Below, piece by piece: positions 32,761 through 46,294 of a stretch of DNA of 64,000 nt. The stretch is taken from assembly GCA_951406725.2 (NCBI GenBank), contig OX597834.1, forward strand, positions 46,902,042 through 46,966,041, given 5' to 3'. Position numbers and translations under genes: made by a program. Origin of the DNA: Octopus vulgaris (lineage: Eukaryota). Under the pieces are notes generated by a model. The model had not been told where the DNA came from. It searched no databases and saw only the letters and a program-made list of their open reading frames with translations. Within the stretch, counting starts at the first letter, position 1, and each line of letters opens with the position of its first letter.

Positions 32761-34901
32761 TTGAATTTTATGCCTCTGGAGATGTGAACACTATATTTCA
32801 GAACATTCTGAATTCAATATGGGCAGCATGTGCAGCATAGGTACCACGCAAGCACAAAAAACCACCATATAGTGCAATTTGGGAGACTGCAGCAGTCCGA
32901 CTTGCCAGGAAAGAATGCCGTAATGCTGAACAAGAATACAAATTGCACAAATCAAAGATCAACAGGTAAAAGCACAAAAGATCAGCCAACCATTTCAAGC
33001 AGGTGACAAAAAAGGCAGTGCTTGAATTCGAACAGTGCATAGCAACCAACCCTGATGGCAAAATGTTCTGGAAGTATGTACATTCAAAGCAGAGACATCA
33101 CTCTCCAGTTGGTCCCCTTCGCAATTTCCACACAGGGCAGATTACTGGCAATCCCAAAGAATGTGCAGAAATTATTACTGGATGCTATGCAGGCCTCTTT
33201 ACTGTCGAAGATTAAAATGTTCCATCTCCATCACCTCTGACACCAGACTCTATAACTAGTATGAAATTTACACCAGCAATGCTACAACACCACCTTAAGA
33301 ATAAACATAACTATGCCTCTCTTGGTCTTGATGGTGTTACATACCTACTTCTCGAACACGGTGGGTACTTTCTTCTAAACCAACTTTCATTATTCTTTCA
33401 ATTCTGTCTTGACAATGGTGTTACTCCAGAGCAGTGGAAAACTGCCAGTGTTATCCCTCTATTCAAAAAAGGTGACCGCACATCGCCTGTCAACTATCGC
33501 CCTGTCAGTCTTTCTAGCTGCATCACCAAACTGATGGAATCCTGTGTCAGAGAAACCCTCTGGAACTTCTGGAAGTCTCACAGCTGTCACAATTTGGTTT
33601 TATTCCTAACTCCAGCTGCTGTAATCAACTCATCGAGTTTCTTGAGGACATTACCCGAATCACTGATTGCGGATCCTGGGTGGATATTGTTTACCTGGAC
33701 TTTGCTAAGGCTTTTAATTCTGTGCCACACAAAAGACTTATGGTGAAACTCTCTGCAATGGGTATAAGAGACAATCTCTATAACTGGTTGAAGAGGTTGT
33801 CACAGTTCTAGGACAGCACTCTTCACTCTATGAGATGACATCTGGTGTACCACAGGGATGTGTTCTTGGCCTCCTTTTATTTGTTGCATATGTTAATGAC
33901 ATAGATGCCAACTTAAAGAAAGCCACAGTGCTGAAATATGCAGATGACATCAAGCTGTACCTTGAAATAAAGAGGTCAGATCCTGTACACTATAGATCTT
34001 TATTGCAATCAGACCTGGACACAATGCAGCAGTGGATCATGGACTGGAAACTCAAGCTGGCTGTGGACAAATGTACCACCATGCATTTTGGGAGGAAAAA
34101 CCCAGTGTCTTCTTACTCCCCCCACAACACTAATCTCAAAAAGTCTTCATGTGAACGTGACCTGGGCATTATTGTCGACAGCGAATTGCGTTGGACAAAA
34201 CACATTGCTAAAATTGCCAAGAAGGCTGAGGGTGTCTTGGCATCACTCACCAAGTCCTTTGTGAGCCGCTCTCTGGCTATCTATCTGCGGATTTATATAG
34301 CTATGGTGCGACCTCACCTAGAATTTGCATCACCAGTCTGGAACCCCTATCTTGCCCAGGATATTAATTGCCTGGAAGCCGTTCAGCGACAGGCCACCAA
34401 GAGAATACCCTCTCTCAGGCATTTGCCATATTCTGAACGCCTTACTTCCCTGGGCATGGATACATTGAAACTCCGACGTCTGGCAGCTGACTTGGCAGAC
34501 ACCTATAAAATTATTAACCATCTTATAAACAATAACTCTGACCACCTTTTCAAACTCCATCTGTCTAACTTCCATGGACATGTTTACAAAGTCAGAAAAC
34601 AGCACAGCTCCCATGACTTTCAGAAACATTTTTTCATGCTAAGAGTTGCTGAAGCATGGAACAAACTGCTGGCATCAGTTGTTAGTTGTCGGAGCACTGC
34701 ATCCTTCAAAACTTCCATGCTTCCTGAGATTCACCAACACTACACCTGATTTTCTCCCCTCCATACACATGCAAGCATGTATCTGACTCATACACTGTTC
34801 ACTTTCCAGACATTTGTACATTACTGCATGCGCTTTATATGCACTTTTGACAAGTTGTGGTGCACCTGAGTACTGTATACAATAATTTCATTATTATTAT
34901 G

Positions 34902-34935
<34 letters not shown>
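32761..34935 (+). mobile_element. CR1/L2-group LINE, third family, decayed RT, (TTA)n tail
   Basis: FWKYVHSK, NYRPVSLSS, SGVPQGCVLG, KYADD, VRPHLEFASPVWNP; 3' UTR then (TTA)n at 34890-34935. Confidence 0.88.
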
Positions 34936-34937
<2 letters not shown>

Positions 34938-35344
34938 AATTATTCAGTCAAATGCAATGCTTATATATTCACATTGTTTTGAATTAGTCATGCAATATGT
35001 CATAGCTTCAAGATTTTGATGATATGATTGTTTAGCTTTAGACTGCTGATATAGGGTAGGGTATGAAAGGCCAGATCTGGCCGGTTTGACCATAAAACAG
35101 GTGAACTATTTTGGCAGGGTATGGCCGGTTAAAATGCTAAAGGGCTAAAACAGGAAATTTATTTCATAGAACCAGGGGAAGTCTCAAAAGGTGGGTTCAT
35201 ATCAAAAGGGTTAAAAGTGCAAGGATATATTAGATTATGTAGCCGAGGTGCCGGGCACCTTGCTGTACACAGTAGAAATGTTAAAACCGGTCCTTCTGGT
35301 GGTGTAAAGCACTCATGGGTAAATTACTTTATGTTGTCTCACAT

Positions 35345-35645
35345 AAAACACCTGTGCTGTGCTACATAAAAGCATTCATGTGGTACCATGTAAAAGCATC
35401 TGTACAGCACCACATAAAAGCACCCGTGTGATACCACATAAAAGTGTCTGTGTGGCACCACGTAAAAGCACCCAAAGCACTCAGTAAAGTAGTTAGCATT
35501 AGGAAGGACATCTAGCCATAGAAGCCATACCATATCAGACTGAAGTCTGGTACACCGCCCCCCCCCCCCCCGGCTTGCCAGCTCTGGTCAAACCATCCAA
35601 CCCATGCCAACATGGACAACAGACGTTAAATGATGATGATGATGA
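35345..35645 (+). mobile_element. RTE-terminus element preceded by ~21-bp tandem repeats (CACATAAAAGCAC..)
   Basis: About six degenerate units at 35340-35470 followed by the conserved terminus. Confidence 0.75.
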
Positions 35646-37289
35646 TTATGTAGTCTGGGATGCCCACTTTCGAGTGCCCTTGATCATAGATCTACTCAAC
35701 CGGAACTGACCCTGGGCTAAAACAACAACAGCAGCATCATAATTATCCAATATCATCATTACTCTATAATTATCATCATCACCATCACACTAACATGATG
35801 TTTCCATGTAGCTACTTAATCTGCTAGAAAGAGCAGCTAAATCTTCAATAAATTGCATGTTGTCATTTTAAAGGAGGAAGGACACATTTGATAATAGAGT
35901 CCTGGATGCACAGCTATGTGAGCCTAAAGACTGGATGGCCATGGGTAGAACGTATTTGATCATAGGTTTGCTCAGTTGTGGTTGATCTAGGGTTAAAATA
36001 TTACAAAAGCATTGACAGCAATAACAACAAAATCAACATCATTGGAAACAGCATCAATACAATCACCACCACCACCACCACCATAACACCAGCACAAACA
36101 ACAGCACCAACAACAACAACATCCACCAACATCATCATCATCTTCATCAACATCAACGACCCTAACACCACCACCATCACTTTAAATAATGTCATCATCA
36201 TCATGAACAACAGCAGCAGCAACAACATTACCAACATCATCATCTTCTTCAACAGCAACACTATCAACACCCAAAGCAACAGCCTCTTCACCATCGCCAT
36301 CAATAACTACAACCATTATCATCACCAACAACACCACCACCAACACCAACAATAACTCCAGCATGACCACCACCACAACCACAAACCACCACATTACTCT
36401 CAATAAACATTACCATCATCATTAACAACAACAACAGCAATAACATCAACATCACATCCATCATCAGTGCAACTATTGCAAAAATAAAACCAAGAACAAC
36501 CACACAACCAGTAATTCCTCAGCCTCCATCACCATCACCATTATCTCCACCACCATCACTACCATCATCCCCATCACCACCACCACAACTGCCACCGCCA
36601 CCTCCATCACAGCCAGCAGTGTTCTTTGTACTAAAGCTGATCTCCAAATGTGGTTTGTTTGTGAGCCCACCTGCAGGTAATGTTTGATATTATAGCAGTG
36701 AGAAGGTGGAAGTGTAGCGGGGGTGGGGGAGAGTGCCGTGCAGTGGAGGGGGGAGGCAATAAACACTTATCACCCAGTCCCCATCCTCAACACCCGCCTT
36801 AGTATAATATCATTATACTCTCCTGAAACAACAACTGCCCCTACCCCTAACTTAGCAATAAAGAAAACTAACACCACCACTACACAAGCCAATAAACCTC
36901 TCAAGACCTCCTCTACCACACTTAAAACCAACACCACTACACCAGTGCTGCCGACGCCACCACCTCCACCACTATTCACCACTACACTATGAAGAATTTA
37001 GTTAAATAATTTTTTCATTAACTTTTTTCATTATCAAGATGTTGTTAGGAACATAAATTAACATGAAATTTTGATAGAAAGTTTTGATTTAAATCTCTCC
37101 AGAACTGGAAGTTTGTATCACAGAACCACAGGTGGTCTTCGACAGGTTGGCATCAAAAGGTCTAACTAAACCTTTTGTTACCATAATTCTGTTGAAGTAA
37201 ACTGTCTTTCATCAAATTAATTTTGAAAATAATGAAAAATTTAGTAAAATAATTTTTGTTATTATTAAGCTGGTAAATCGGCAAGTGTG

Positions 37290-37550
37290 GAGGCGTGTGG
37301 CTTAGTGGTTAGGGTGTCAGCATGATGATCGTAAGATTGTGGTTTCGATTCCTGGACCAGGCGACGCGTTGTGTTCTTGAGCAAAACACTTCATTTCACA
37401 TTGCTGCAGTCCACTCAGCTGGAAAAAAATGAGTAATGCTGTGATAGACTGGCGTCCTGTCCAGCTGGGGAAAACATACGCCATTGAAACCGGGAAACTG
37501 GGCCCATGAGGCTAGCTAGGCTTTAAAAAAGGGTGCATTTATTTATTTAT
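37290..37550 (+). mobile_element. tRNA-head SINE, third family
   Basis: TGGCTTAGTGGTTAGGG and GGTTTCGATTCC boxes, core TGTGTTCTTGAGCAAAACACTT; related copies on - at 14200-14660. Confidence 0.7.
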
Positions 37551-38169
37551 TGAATCGGCAAGCTGGCAGAATCATTAGCATGTTGGACAAAATGCTCAGT
37601 GGCATTTTGTCTGTCTTTATGTTCTGTGTTCAAATTCTGCCAAGACCAACTTTGCCTTTCATCCTTTTGGGGGTCGATGAAATAAGTAGCAGTTGAACAC
37701 TGGGTCAATCTGTTCAACCTATCCTCTCCCCTGGCCTTGTGCCAAAATTTGAAACCATTATTAAGCTGATGTTTGGAACATAAATTCACCTGAAATTTTG
37801 ATGGAACAGTTTCAATTTAGATCACTTTAATCCTTTTGTTAACGTATCTCTGTTGAAATACACTTTGTTTCAATGAATTTTGAAAATAATGAGGAATTAA
37901 GGAAAGCTTTAATAACTTTGTTGTTGTAAAGTAAGTGTTTGGAACACAAATTACCATGAAATTTTGATGGAAAGGTTTAAATTTAGATCACTTCAAAACA
38001 GGAAATTTATATCATAGAAGCAGGGATAGTCTAAGACAGGTTGGCATCAAAAAGGTTAACAATAATGCAGTACCTACCAAAATCCACTGCTACCCCTCAT
38101 GCCTGCACCACCAGAGAATACCTTGAAGTACCAACCTTGAAACTGAACAACATACACATGCCACACACA

Positions 38170-38216
<47 letters not shown>

Positions 38217-38784
38217 TCTCTCTCTCACTCTCTCTCTCTCTCTCACTCACTCTTTCTGGGAGGAGACAACATTATGATGAAGCATACATAACTCTCTCAA
38301 AAGTATTCACAACTCACTTGGGAGACAAATAAAAGCAAAGAGATTCTCAAACATACCTTAGAGAAATCACAAGTATCACATCTGGCTGACAGAATGAACC
38401 AGCAAACATGGTGTACAAATAATATATTACAATAGTGCTTCTTAAAGTGGGTGGTACTGCCCCTCTGGAGCATGGTGGAAAATCTTATATGGGTACTACT
38501 AACAAGGGGACAGCAGAGGGGGCAAGAAATGTATCTGACAGTTTATACTTTTAGTCTTTGTCTCCTGTTTAAATGTTAACTATACTCTTTACTCTCTCTT
38601 TTACTCTTTTACTTGTTTCAGTCATGTGACTGTGGCCATGCTGGAGCGGTGCTCCAGCATGGCCACAGTCACATGCCCGGTATGGTAACGATTCTGCCAG
38701 CTCATCACCTTCAACTAAAACACTATTAACATTATTACTATCATCATCATCAACAATACTGCGTCATCATCATCATCAGCATAG

Positions 38785-39205
38785 GCGCAGGAGTGGCTGT
38801 GTGGTAAGTAGCTTGCTTACCAACCACACGATTCCAGGTTCAGTCCTACTGTGTGGTACCTTGGGCAAGTGTCTTCTACTATAGACTCGGGCCAACCAAA
38901 GCCTGTGAGTGGATTTGGTAGACGGAAACTGAAAAGAAGCCTGTCGTATATATGTATATATATATATATATATATGTATGTATATATATATATATATATC
39001 TGTGTGTGTGTGTCTGTATTTTTTCCCCCAACATCGCTCAACAACCAATGCTGGTGTGTTTACGTCCGCATAACTTAGCGGTTCGACAAAAGAGACCGAT
39101 AGAATAAGTACTAGGCTTCCAAAGAATAAGCCCTGGGGTCAATTTGCTCGACTAAAGGTGGTGCTCCAGCATGGCCAGTCAAATGACTGAAACAAGTAAA
39201 AGAGT
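38785..39205 (+). mobile_element. tRNA-derived SINE (family of 13350)
   Basis: Full head, core, microsatellite and tail structure. Confidence 0.85.
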
Positions 39206-39989
39206 AATACCAACACCACCACCATCACTACCAACTTCAGCACAAATGTCATCAAGAACACTATCAGCATCGTCATCAACATCACTACTACCATTATCAG
39301 TAACATCATTGACACAACCATCATCAATAAAGTCAATATGACCATCCCCACAACATCAGCATCACCACCATCATGAACAACAATGTCAACAAGATCACTT
39401 GTATCCCACAAGCAACATCATCATCAATTCCATCAACTATCTCACAACAATAAAACAAATTTCAACAGCACCACCAACATTACCATTATCACTGCCATTT
39501 ATTCCACAACAACACAAACCTCAGCACCAACACCACCACTATGAAAAATAACCAAATCCCCCATACACCCAGCCATGTGTTACCCCTTTGCCCATACTAG
39601 TCCTATTTGGAGACCCCAATGTCTTCACAGCAAACCACCATAAACTACAAACAAAAGAACAGTTCACTAAACATCATCATCATCATCACCATCATCAGCC
39701 CATAACTTCCAATCTATACATTTACACTCACATATATTCATAAGCATTACACACACACGCACACACACACACACATGTGGTGATTGCTCCATCCCTCTGC
39801 TGATGATTGCTGTCTCTTTATGCTTCCTCATTGACAATGGCATTTCTGACTCACCATCCATGACCTCTCAGACAACTATTCAATCTCATTGCAGATCTGG
39901 GCACTTTCAGCTGGTTAGGTATGCATACATCACCACTATCCTCATAGGATTTTCATTAGATGGGATCATAAATGAGGTCACCATAAAGA

Positions 39990-40372
39990 TAGGTGCAGGA
40001 GTGGCTGTGTAGTAAGTACCTTGCTAACAAACCACATGGCTCTGGGTTCAATCCCACTGCATGGCACCTTGGACAAGTGTCTTCTACTATAGCCTCGGGC
40101 CGAGCAAAGCATTGTGAGTGGATTTGGTAAATGGAAATTGAAAGAAGCCCATCGTATATATATGTGTGTGTTTGTGTGTCTGTGTTTGTCCCCCCAACAT
40201 CGCTTGACAACCAATGCTGGTGTGTTTACATCGCTGTAACTTTGCAGTTCGTCAAAAGAGACCGATAGAATGAGTACTAGGCTTACAAACAATAAGTCCT
40301 GGGGTTAATTTGGTTGACTAAAGGCGGTGCTCCAGCATGACCACAGTCAAGTGACTGCAACAAGTAAAAGAG
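39990..40372 (+). mobile_element. tRNA-derived SINE (family of 13350)
   Basis: Full head, core, microsatellite and tail structure. Confidence 0.85.
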
Positions 40373-40614
40373 ACATCTGTACATCAGTGGATTATAGCAA
40401 TAAATGCTTCTACAACACAAGCGTAACTTTCTAAGTCCCTGTGATTAGTATCTAGTGAGAGGCTGAAGAGAGATGACCAGTAATATCCTAATTAGCCCAT
40501 AGGTTCAAGACCTTGACGGGCACTACTCCTCCAGGCCAGATTAGATCTGGAAACAATAGTGGCTAACATGTGGTTCCACACTCCTCAAAACCCTAGAACT
40601 CCTGAACCAAAGCT

Positions 40615-40652
<38 letters not shown>

Positions 40653-40890
40653 TTTTGGGATGACCTTTTTTTTTTGCCAAATAAACACATGCTCTCTATA
40701 TTTTTTCTTCACTTATTTATTACAGTTCTTAATTTATTATTGTGACTCATGTGCATTGTCCAGAAATCTTTCCTCCATACATCTGTAACCTCTTCAGTGA
40801 CACTTTTTGTTTTCATGTGTGTTCTTGCTCCACTTACTCCATTCTGTTCAACACACAATTTCACATCAGGAATCTTGTAAAAGAAATTAA

Positions 40891-40932
<42 letters not shown>

Positions 40933-41050
40933 AAAGTAGAGATAGAACCACTAAATTGTGGTTTTATATTTTATATATTTGTATTGTGAAATTTGATTTA
41001 ATATTAAATTGAATTTTTCCGTGTAAGTTTGGAGTTATACTCCCTAATAG

Positions 41051-41095
<45 letters not shown>

Positions 41096-41144
41096 TTGAT
41101 AGAAATGGCAAGACAACAAAAGAAAGAAAGAGACCTTGATATTA

Positions 41145-41370
41145 TGTAAATATAATATGTGACAATTATTCGGTAGCCATGATAAAACTCCAAGTTTCGG
41201 ATGTCAGGGCAGAAAACCACGCCTCCATCTCTTCAGTTATCAGGCCAAGAGATTGCATATTTTTCAATGCCCCGATAACAGAAGAGATGCTGGCATGGAT
41301 TTCCACCCCGACATCTGAAACTCAGAGTTTTATCATGGCTACCGAATAATAGTCACATATTATATTTACA
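41145..41370. mobile_element. Penelope-like inverted-repeat remnant with a hammerhead motif in each arm
   Basis: 41145-41241 is the approximate reverse complement of 41274-41370. Confidence 0.7.
41181..41241 (-). ncRNA. Type I hammerhead ribozyme motif with intact core
   Basis: Reverse complement reads GATAA-CTGAAGA-GATG..CATC-C-GAAA-CTTGGAG-TT-TTATC; stems I, II and III can form; GUU cleavage triplet. Confidence 0.6.
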
Positions 41371-41380
41371 GGCATATATA

Positions 41381-41763
41381 TCTCTCTCTATATAAACGGC
41401 AGTTTGTCTGTGCGTGTTTCTGTGTGTCTGTTTGCTTGTACCCTCACCCTGACCACGGCTTTCAACCGATTCTGATGAAACTTGACACACACATAGCCCA
41501 ATGTCATAATTCAAAACTAACGCAGCGAAAATTTTGAAAAGTTCCCCCAGTTCTGAAAAAAATCGATAAATTCGACATGGAGTCGAGAATCAGAAACACG
41601 AACCACAAACTGTCTAGGGGACGCAACTCCACCTTTTTTAAATCTCAAAAAAAATTTAACAACATTTTTTTCCATTTTTTTGCTATTTTTTGGCTATAAC
41701 TCTCTAAAAATGCTTTATAGTTATTTCCCTTACAAACCTGAGCAACGCCGGGCGATACTGCTA

Positions 41764-41764
<1 letters not shown>
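41381..41764 (+). mobile_element. Non-autonomous Helitron (384 bp)
   Basis: A|TC 5' end, subterminal hairpin CCTGAGCAACGCCGGG, CTAG|T 3' end, no TSD, in (TA)n. Confidence 0.85.
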
Positions 41765-41839
<75 letters not shown>

Positions 41840-43031
41840 TTATATGAATAAGGATAAGATCATCATTTGAATATCGAACTTATCAAGTGGCAAGCATGGG
41901 AATAAAAACCTTCAAAGGTAATAATTATTAAAATTATAATTTAGGGTATCTAAGAGATACCACCACGCTTGAAATAGCAGCCAAAATTTGACTCTAAAAC
42001 CACATTAAAAGTTCATACAGTACCATGGTTCTGGATTCAGTCTCACTGCATGGCATCTTGGTGACGTATCTTCTGTAGCCCCAGGCCAACCAAAGGCTTG
42101 TGAGTAGATCTGGTAGAAAGCAGCTCTTCATGTGTGTGTGTGTGTGCACTCCACCTTTGTTTAGCAACTGATGTTATTTTGTGTACAACCCCATTACTTA
42201 GCGGTTCAGCAAAATAGACTGATAGAATAAGAACCAGCTTAAAATAAGTACTGGAGTCGACTTGCTCGAATAAACCGTTCAATGTGGTGCCCCAGCATGG
42301 CCACAACCCAATGATTGAAACAAGTGAAAGGTAACAGATAAAAGGAAGGTTACACACGCACATACACACAAACACACACACAGATGCACACAAACACATA
42401 CAGACGCCCACAAACACACACAGATGCACACAAACACACATACACAAATACATGCACACAAACACATGCACCCAGATATTTAAACGTGCTTATCCTCCAC
42501 CCAGACATACACACACACACACACTCATATATATACACACACACACACCCTCTTTTTAATTACATAATACTGTTGGATTAATAGATGAATGGATGAAGAG
42601 AGTGTATATGGGACTAGTTCAGACAACATGTATATTGAACGTACAGTAATGTTGCAACTGAATGCAGCTGAAAGTGCACTTAACTGCTGCACACCACCTC
42701 ACTCATTGCATTGATTTTAGCGTTCTATGTGAACACAAACTGGATTTGAAGAGATTGGTGGTGTGTGTGTGGGGGGGTATGGTGATGTAGTGGTGTTTGT
42801 GGTTGTCGTCGTGGTTGTGATGGTGCCAGTGGTTGTGGTTATGGTGTTGGTGGTGGTATTGTTGTTTGTGGTGGTGATGGGGATGCTGGTAGTGGTGATT
42901 GTTAGTGATGATGATGATGTTGTTGTTGTTATTGGTGCTGCTGCTGCTAGTGATATTGTTCTTCTTCTAGTCATCATTGTCATCATCATCATTAACCACT
43001 TCTCTTTCTCCCCAACTTTTTCTCTCTTCAG

Positions 43032-43145
43032 CTAAGGCAGCTGTCCAATCTTGTTGCCCATCGGCGAGTTCCTGGCGAGCAACTGTGTCAGAAATTGGAA
43101 AACCTGCACATTTGTGAGTCTTCTGAAGACATGTCTGTCCAACAG
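43032..43145 (+). CDS. WS/DGAT-like gene, coding exon 2 (LRQLSNLVAHRRVPGEQLCQKLENLHICESSEDMSVQQ)
   Basis: Long polypyrimidine tract and cag|, donor CAG|gtaac; 114 bp, phase 0-0, open in frame with exon 1. Confidence 0.8.
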
Positions 43146-43389
43146 GTAACAGGTTCAATTCCCACCTTCACCTACTTGCCCTTTTCTTTCATTTATAAAA
43201 TTTTTCCTGTTGTTATTGTTATTTTAATTGTAGCTGTAGTTGTTGATGTTATTTGCATCTCTTCTCTAAACGTTCTATCAGTAGAAAAGATGGGGAAATG
43301 AAAAAAACATAGTTGTACATACATCTTATGAAAGTTGCCACAAATGTTAACTATGTTTGATGATCTTATCACCTACCGCCCCCTATTTA

Positions 43390-43625
43390 ACATTCTCATC
43401 CCTGTTTGATACTGTTAGCCCTGATTTTCACTGTTGCTCCTGTTTGATACTCCTGGCCCTAATTTACACTCACACATCAATTTGATACTATTGGCCCTGA
43501 TTTACCCTGTTAGCCCTGTTTCATACTGTTAGTCCTATTTATATTGTTAGGCCTGATTTACTCTGTTAGCCCTGTTTGATACACTTGGCCCTGATTTACA
43601 TTCTCACACCAATTTGATACTGTAA
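43390..43625. repeat. Degenerate minisatellite (CCTGTTTGATACTGTTAGCCCTGATTTAC-like units)
   Basis: Recurrent tttgatac and gccctgattta motifs. Confidence 0.7.
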
Positions 43626-43909
43626 ACCCAGTCACACATAAGAATTGTTAACCTTGTAACAGCAACTGTGATTTAAGTACTCTTGTCCTCTAGTACCCTA
43701 AACCTCCGGTACTTAAGCTCTTTAATCCTACCATCCATTGTTTTTGTACTTTTACCCTTTTTTAATCCTCTTAGTTCTGTTCCACACCTTTACTGTTAAC
43801 CCTCTATAATATCACTACTCCTGTCTAATAATACTCTTAACTGCAATTTGTAACATTAGCCCTATCTCACATCATTACTGATAATTCTATCTCTATTTAA
43901 TATAAATTG

Positions 43910-44310
43910 GCACAGGCATGGCTGTGTGGTAAGAAGCTTGCTTTCCAACCACATGGTTCCAAGTTCAGTCCCACTGCATGGCACCTTGGGTATCTTCTAC
44001 TATAGCCTTGGACCAACCAAGGCCTTGTGAGTGGATTTGGTAGACGGAATCTGAAAGAAGTCTGTTATATATGTGTGTATGTGTATGTGTGTCTTTGTGT
44101 CTGTGTTTTTCCTACCATCACCACTTGACAACTGGTGTTGGTTTGTTTACATCACCATGATGTAGCAGTTATGCAAAAGAGTCTGATAGAATAAATACCA
44201 GGCTATAAAAAAAATAAGTACTGGGGCGGGGCTCAATCTATTTGACTAAAGATTCTTCAACATGATACCCCAGCATGGTTGCAGTCTAATGGCTGAAACG
44301 AGTAAAAAGA
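43910..44310 (+). mobile_element. tRNA-derived SINE (family of 13350)
   Basis: Head, core and tail homology. Confidence 0.8.
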
Positions 44311-44545
44311 GAAAACAAAATACAATAAATGTTAAAGCAGCAGCCAGCAGAATGGTTAGCATATCAGACAAAATGCTCGATAGCACTTCTTCTGGCACTC
44401 TATGTTCTGAGCTCAAATCGCAACAAGATCAACTACTGGCGTCAATGTAACCAACTCGTCTTTTCCCTCAATAGTTGCTGGCCTGGAACCCTGAGATAGA
44501 CCAGTGTCCCATTCAAAGGGAATGTTGTGATCTCAGTCATTTAAA

Positions 44546-44781
44546 CGAGTGGGTGCTGAAAAGTTCCTGGCTTTAAGGGTATCGTGACAGGCCTGGTTGG
44601 ACGTTCAACATTCCAAGTTCTTTTTACAGGGCTTAGAAAAACTGAAAGACCACTGCAACAAGTGTGTGAATCTGAGAAGGGAAGATGGTGAATAAAATCA
44701 TAATTAACAGATCCTCTTGTATGTTCTTTTACCCAATGCCAGGAACTTTTCACAGCATCCCCTCATATGTGTGTATGTGTG

Positions 44782-44815
<34 letters not shown>

Positions 44816-45051
44816 TACATATATACATGCATGCATACCAGGGGGTACTGAGAAGTTCCGAGCTTGAAGGGTATCATGAAAAGCCTAGTTGGAGGCCCAA
44901 TCTTCCAAGTTCTTTTACAGGACTTAGAAAAATCAAAGGAGTGCTGCAATAAGTATATGAATCTGAGAAGGGGATATGTTGAATAAAACCATAATTAACT
45001 GATCCTGTATTTTCTCTTACTCAAAGCCAGGAACTTTTCAGCACCCCCTTG
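44546..45051. mobile_element. Two adjacent Tc1/mariner-type MITEs (44546-44765 and 44838-45051)
   Basis: TIRs CGAGTGGGTGCTGAAAAGTTCCTGGC / GCCAGGAACTTTTCAGCACCCCCTTG; TA flanks on the second copy. Confidence 0.75.
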
Positions 45052-45191
45052 TACACTATAGAAACCAGGTGATTTCCCTATGAGTCTTAGAGCTCAAGCA
45101 TCATAAGGCTATTCAACCAAGACTGACCTGGGGCTAAACACTACTACCATGCACTACCATCATTGTTTTAACCAATGAAGGATCCTCTACA

Positions 45192-45225
<34 letters not shown>

Positions 45226-45867
45226 ACCTGATAGAAATAACAACCAGATTTCCCTTGAATCATGCCCAAACATCTTTAAAACAGGACACATTGGTTAATA
45301 TTGTCTGAGATATTATTAACACTATATCTGAATTAAAGACATGATGGCCATGGATGGAATGCCTTTCATCATAGGTTTGCTGAACAGGACTGACCTGAGG
45401 CTAAACAACCATGTACCATCACCACTGTATCAACCAATGTAGAACAACACTCTACATGGTCTGTCTACCTGCTGGAAATAGCAGTCAGATTTCCTTCAAA
45501 TCATGCCTGAACATCTTTAAAACAGAACACTTTAGTTAACTTAGTCTGAGGTATTATTTGAACTATGAACAAGAGACTAGATGGACATGTAGGTTTGCTA
45601 GATCAGGGGCTAAACAAAAATGATCTCCCCTCCCCCTGTTTTCCCTCCACCCACTTCATATTCATAATACTGGAATGAGATTAATATTTGTGAGGACTTT
45701 CAAAAGAATTTACTTGGTTATTCTTATTATTTTGTTCTGTTTGTTTATTTGTACTTACAACCCTTGTTTCTTCCCTTCTTTCTTTTCTTTCCTTGTGTGT
45801 GTGGTAGACATTTTCTATCTTGGTATACAGAAGGCTTGCCACAAAGCGAATATTTAGTTGTTGCAAG

Positions 45868-46293
45868 CAGGGCTGGATTAAAACCCACAGAGGCCCTAAG
45901 CACTTAAAAGGTTTTGGTGCCCCCATTTATATGTAATTCAAAATATAAACAATAATAAACCATAAAATAAGTTTTATTTTTCAAAATGAAACCAAACTAT
46001 CAGCAAGATGGAGAATAATGTTTATTTTTGTATAGTTCCAATTCATTTATATCAGAAAAGTTTTCTCTTACTTCTTTTAATTGCAAAGCCTTTGATGAGA
46101 TCTTCACTATGGCATCATGAACACTTGAAATTATATTTCCGATCATATGAAACCACTTTGAATATTATTTTAGCAAGTTTAAAGAGATTTCTTTTGTACT
46201 GTAAACCATTTACCATTTCTGTGGCGCCCCTCCCCCACTTCCCTTGATGCCCTTAGCACGTGCTTATTTTGCTTAATGGCTAATCCAGCACTG
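45868..46293. mobile_element. hAT-like MITE
   Basis: TIRs CAGGGCTGGATTA / TAATCCAGCACTG; no clear 8-bp TSD. Confidence 0.5.
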
Positions 46294-46294
46294 G

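Noticed and set aside
35978-36990. Thr/Ile/His-rich mucin-like ORFs
   Set aside because: Degenerate (CAC/CAT/AAC)n trinucleotide tracts without splice or domain support
37290-37365. tRNA gene (also 13355, 38788, 39995)
   Set aside because: A/B boxes belong to SINE heads continuing into SINE cores; no complete cloverleaf
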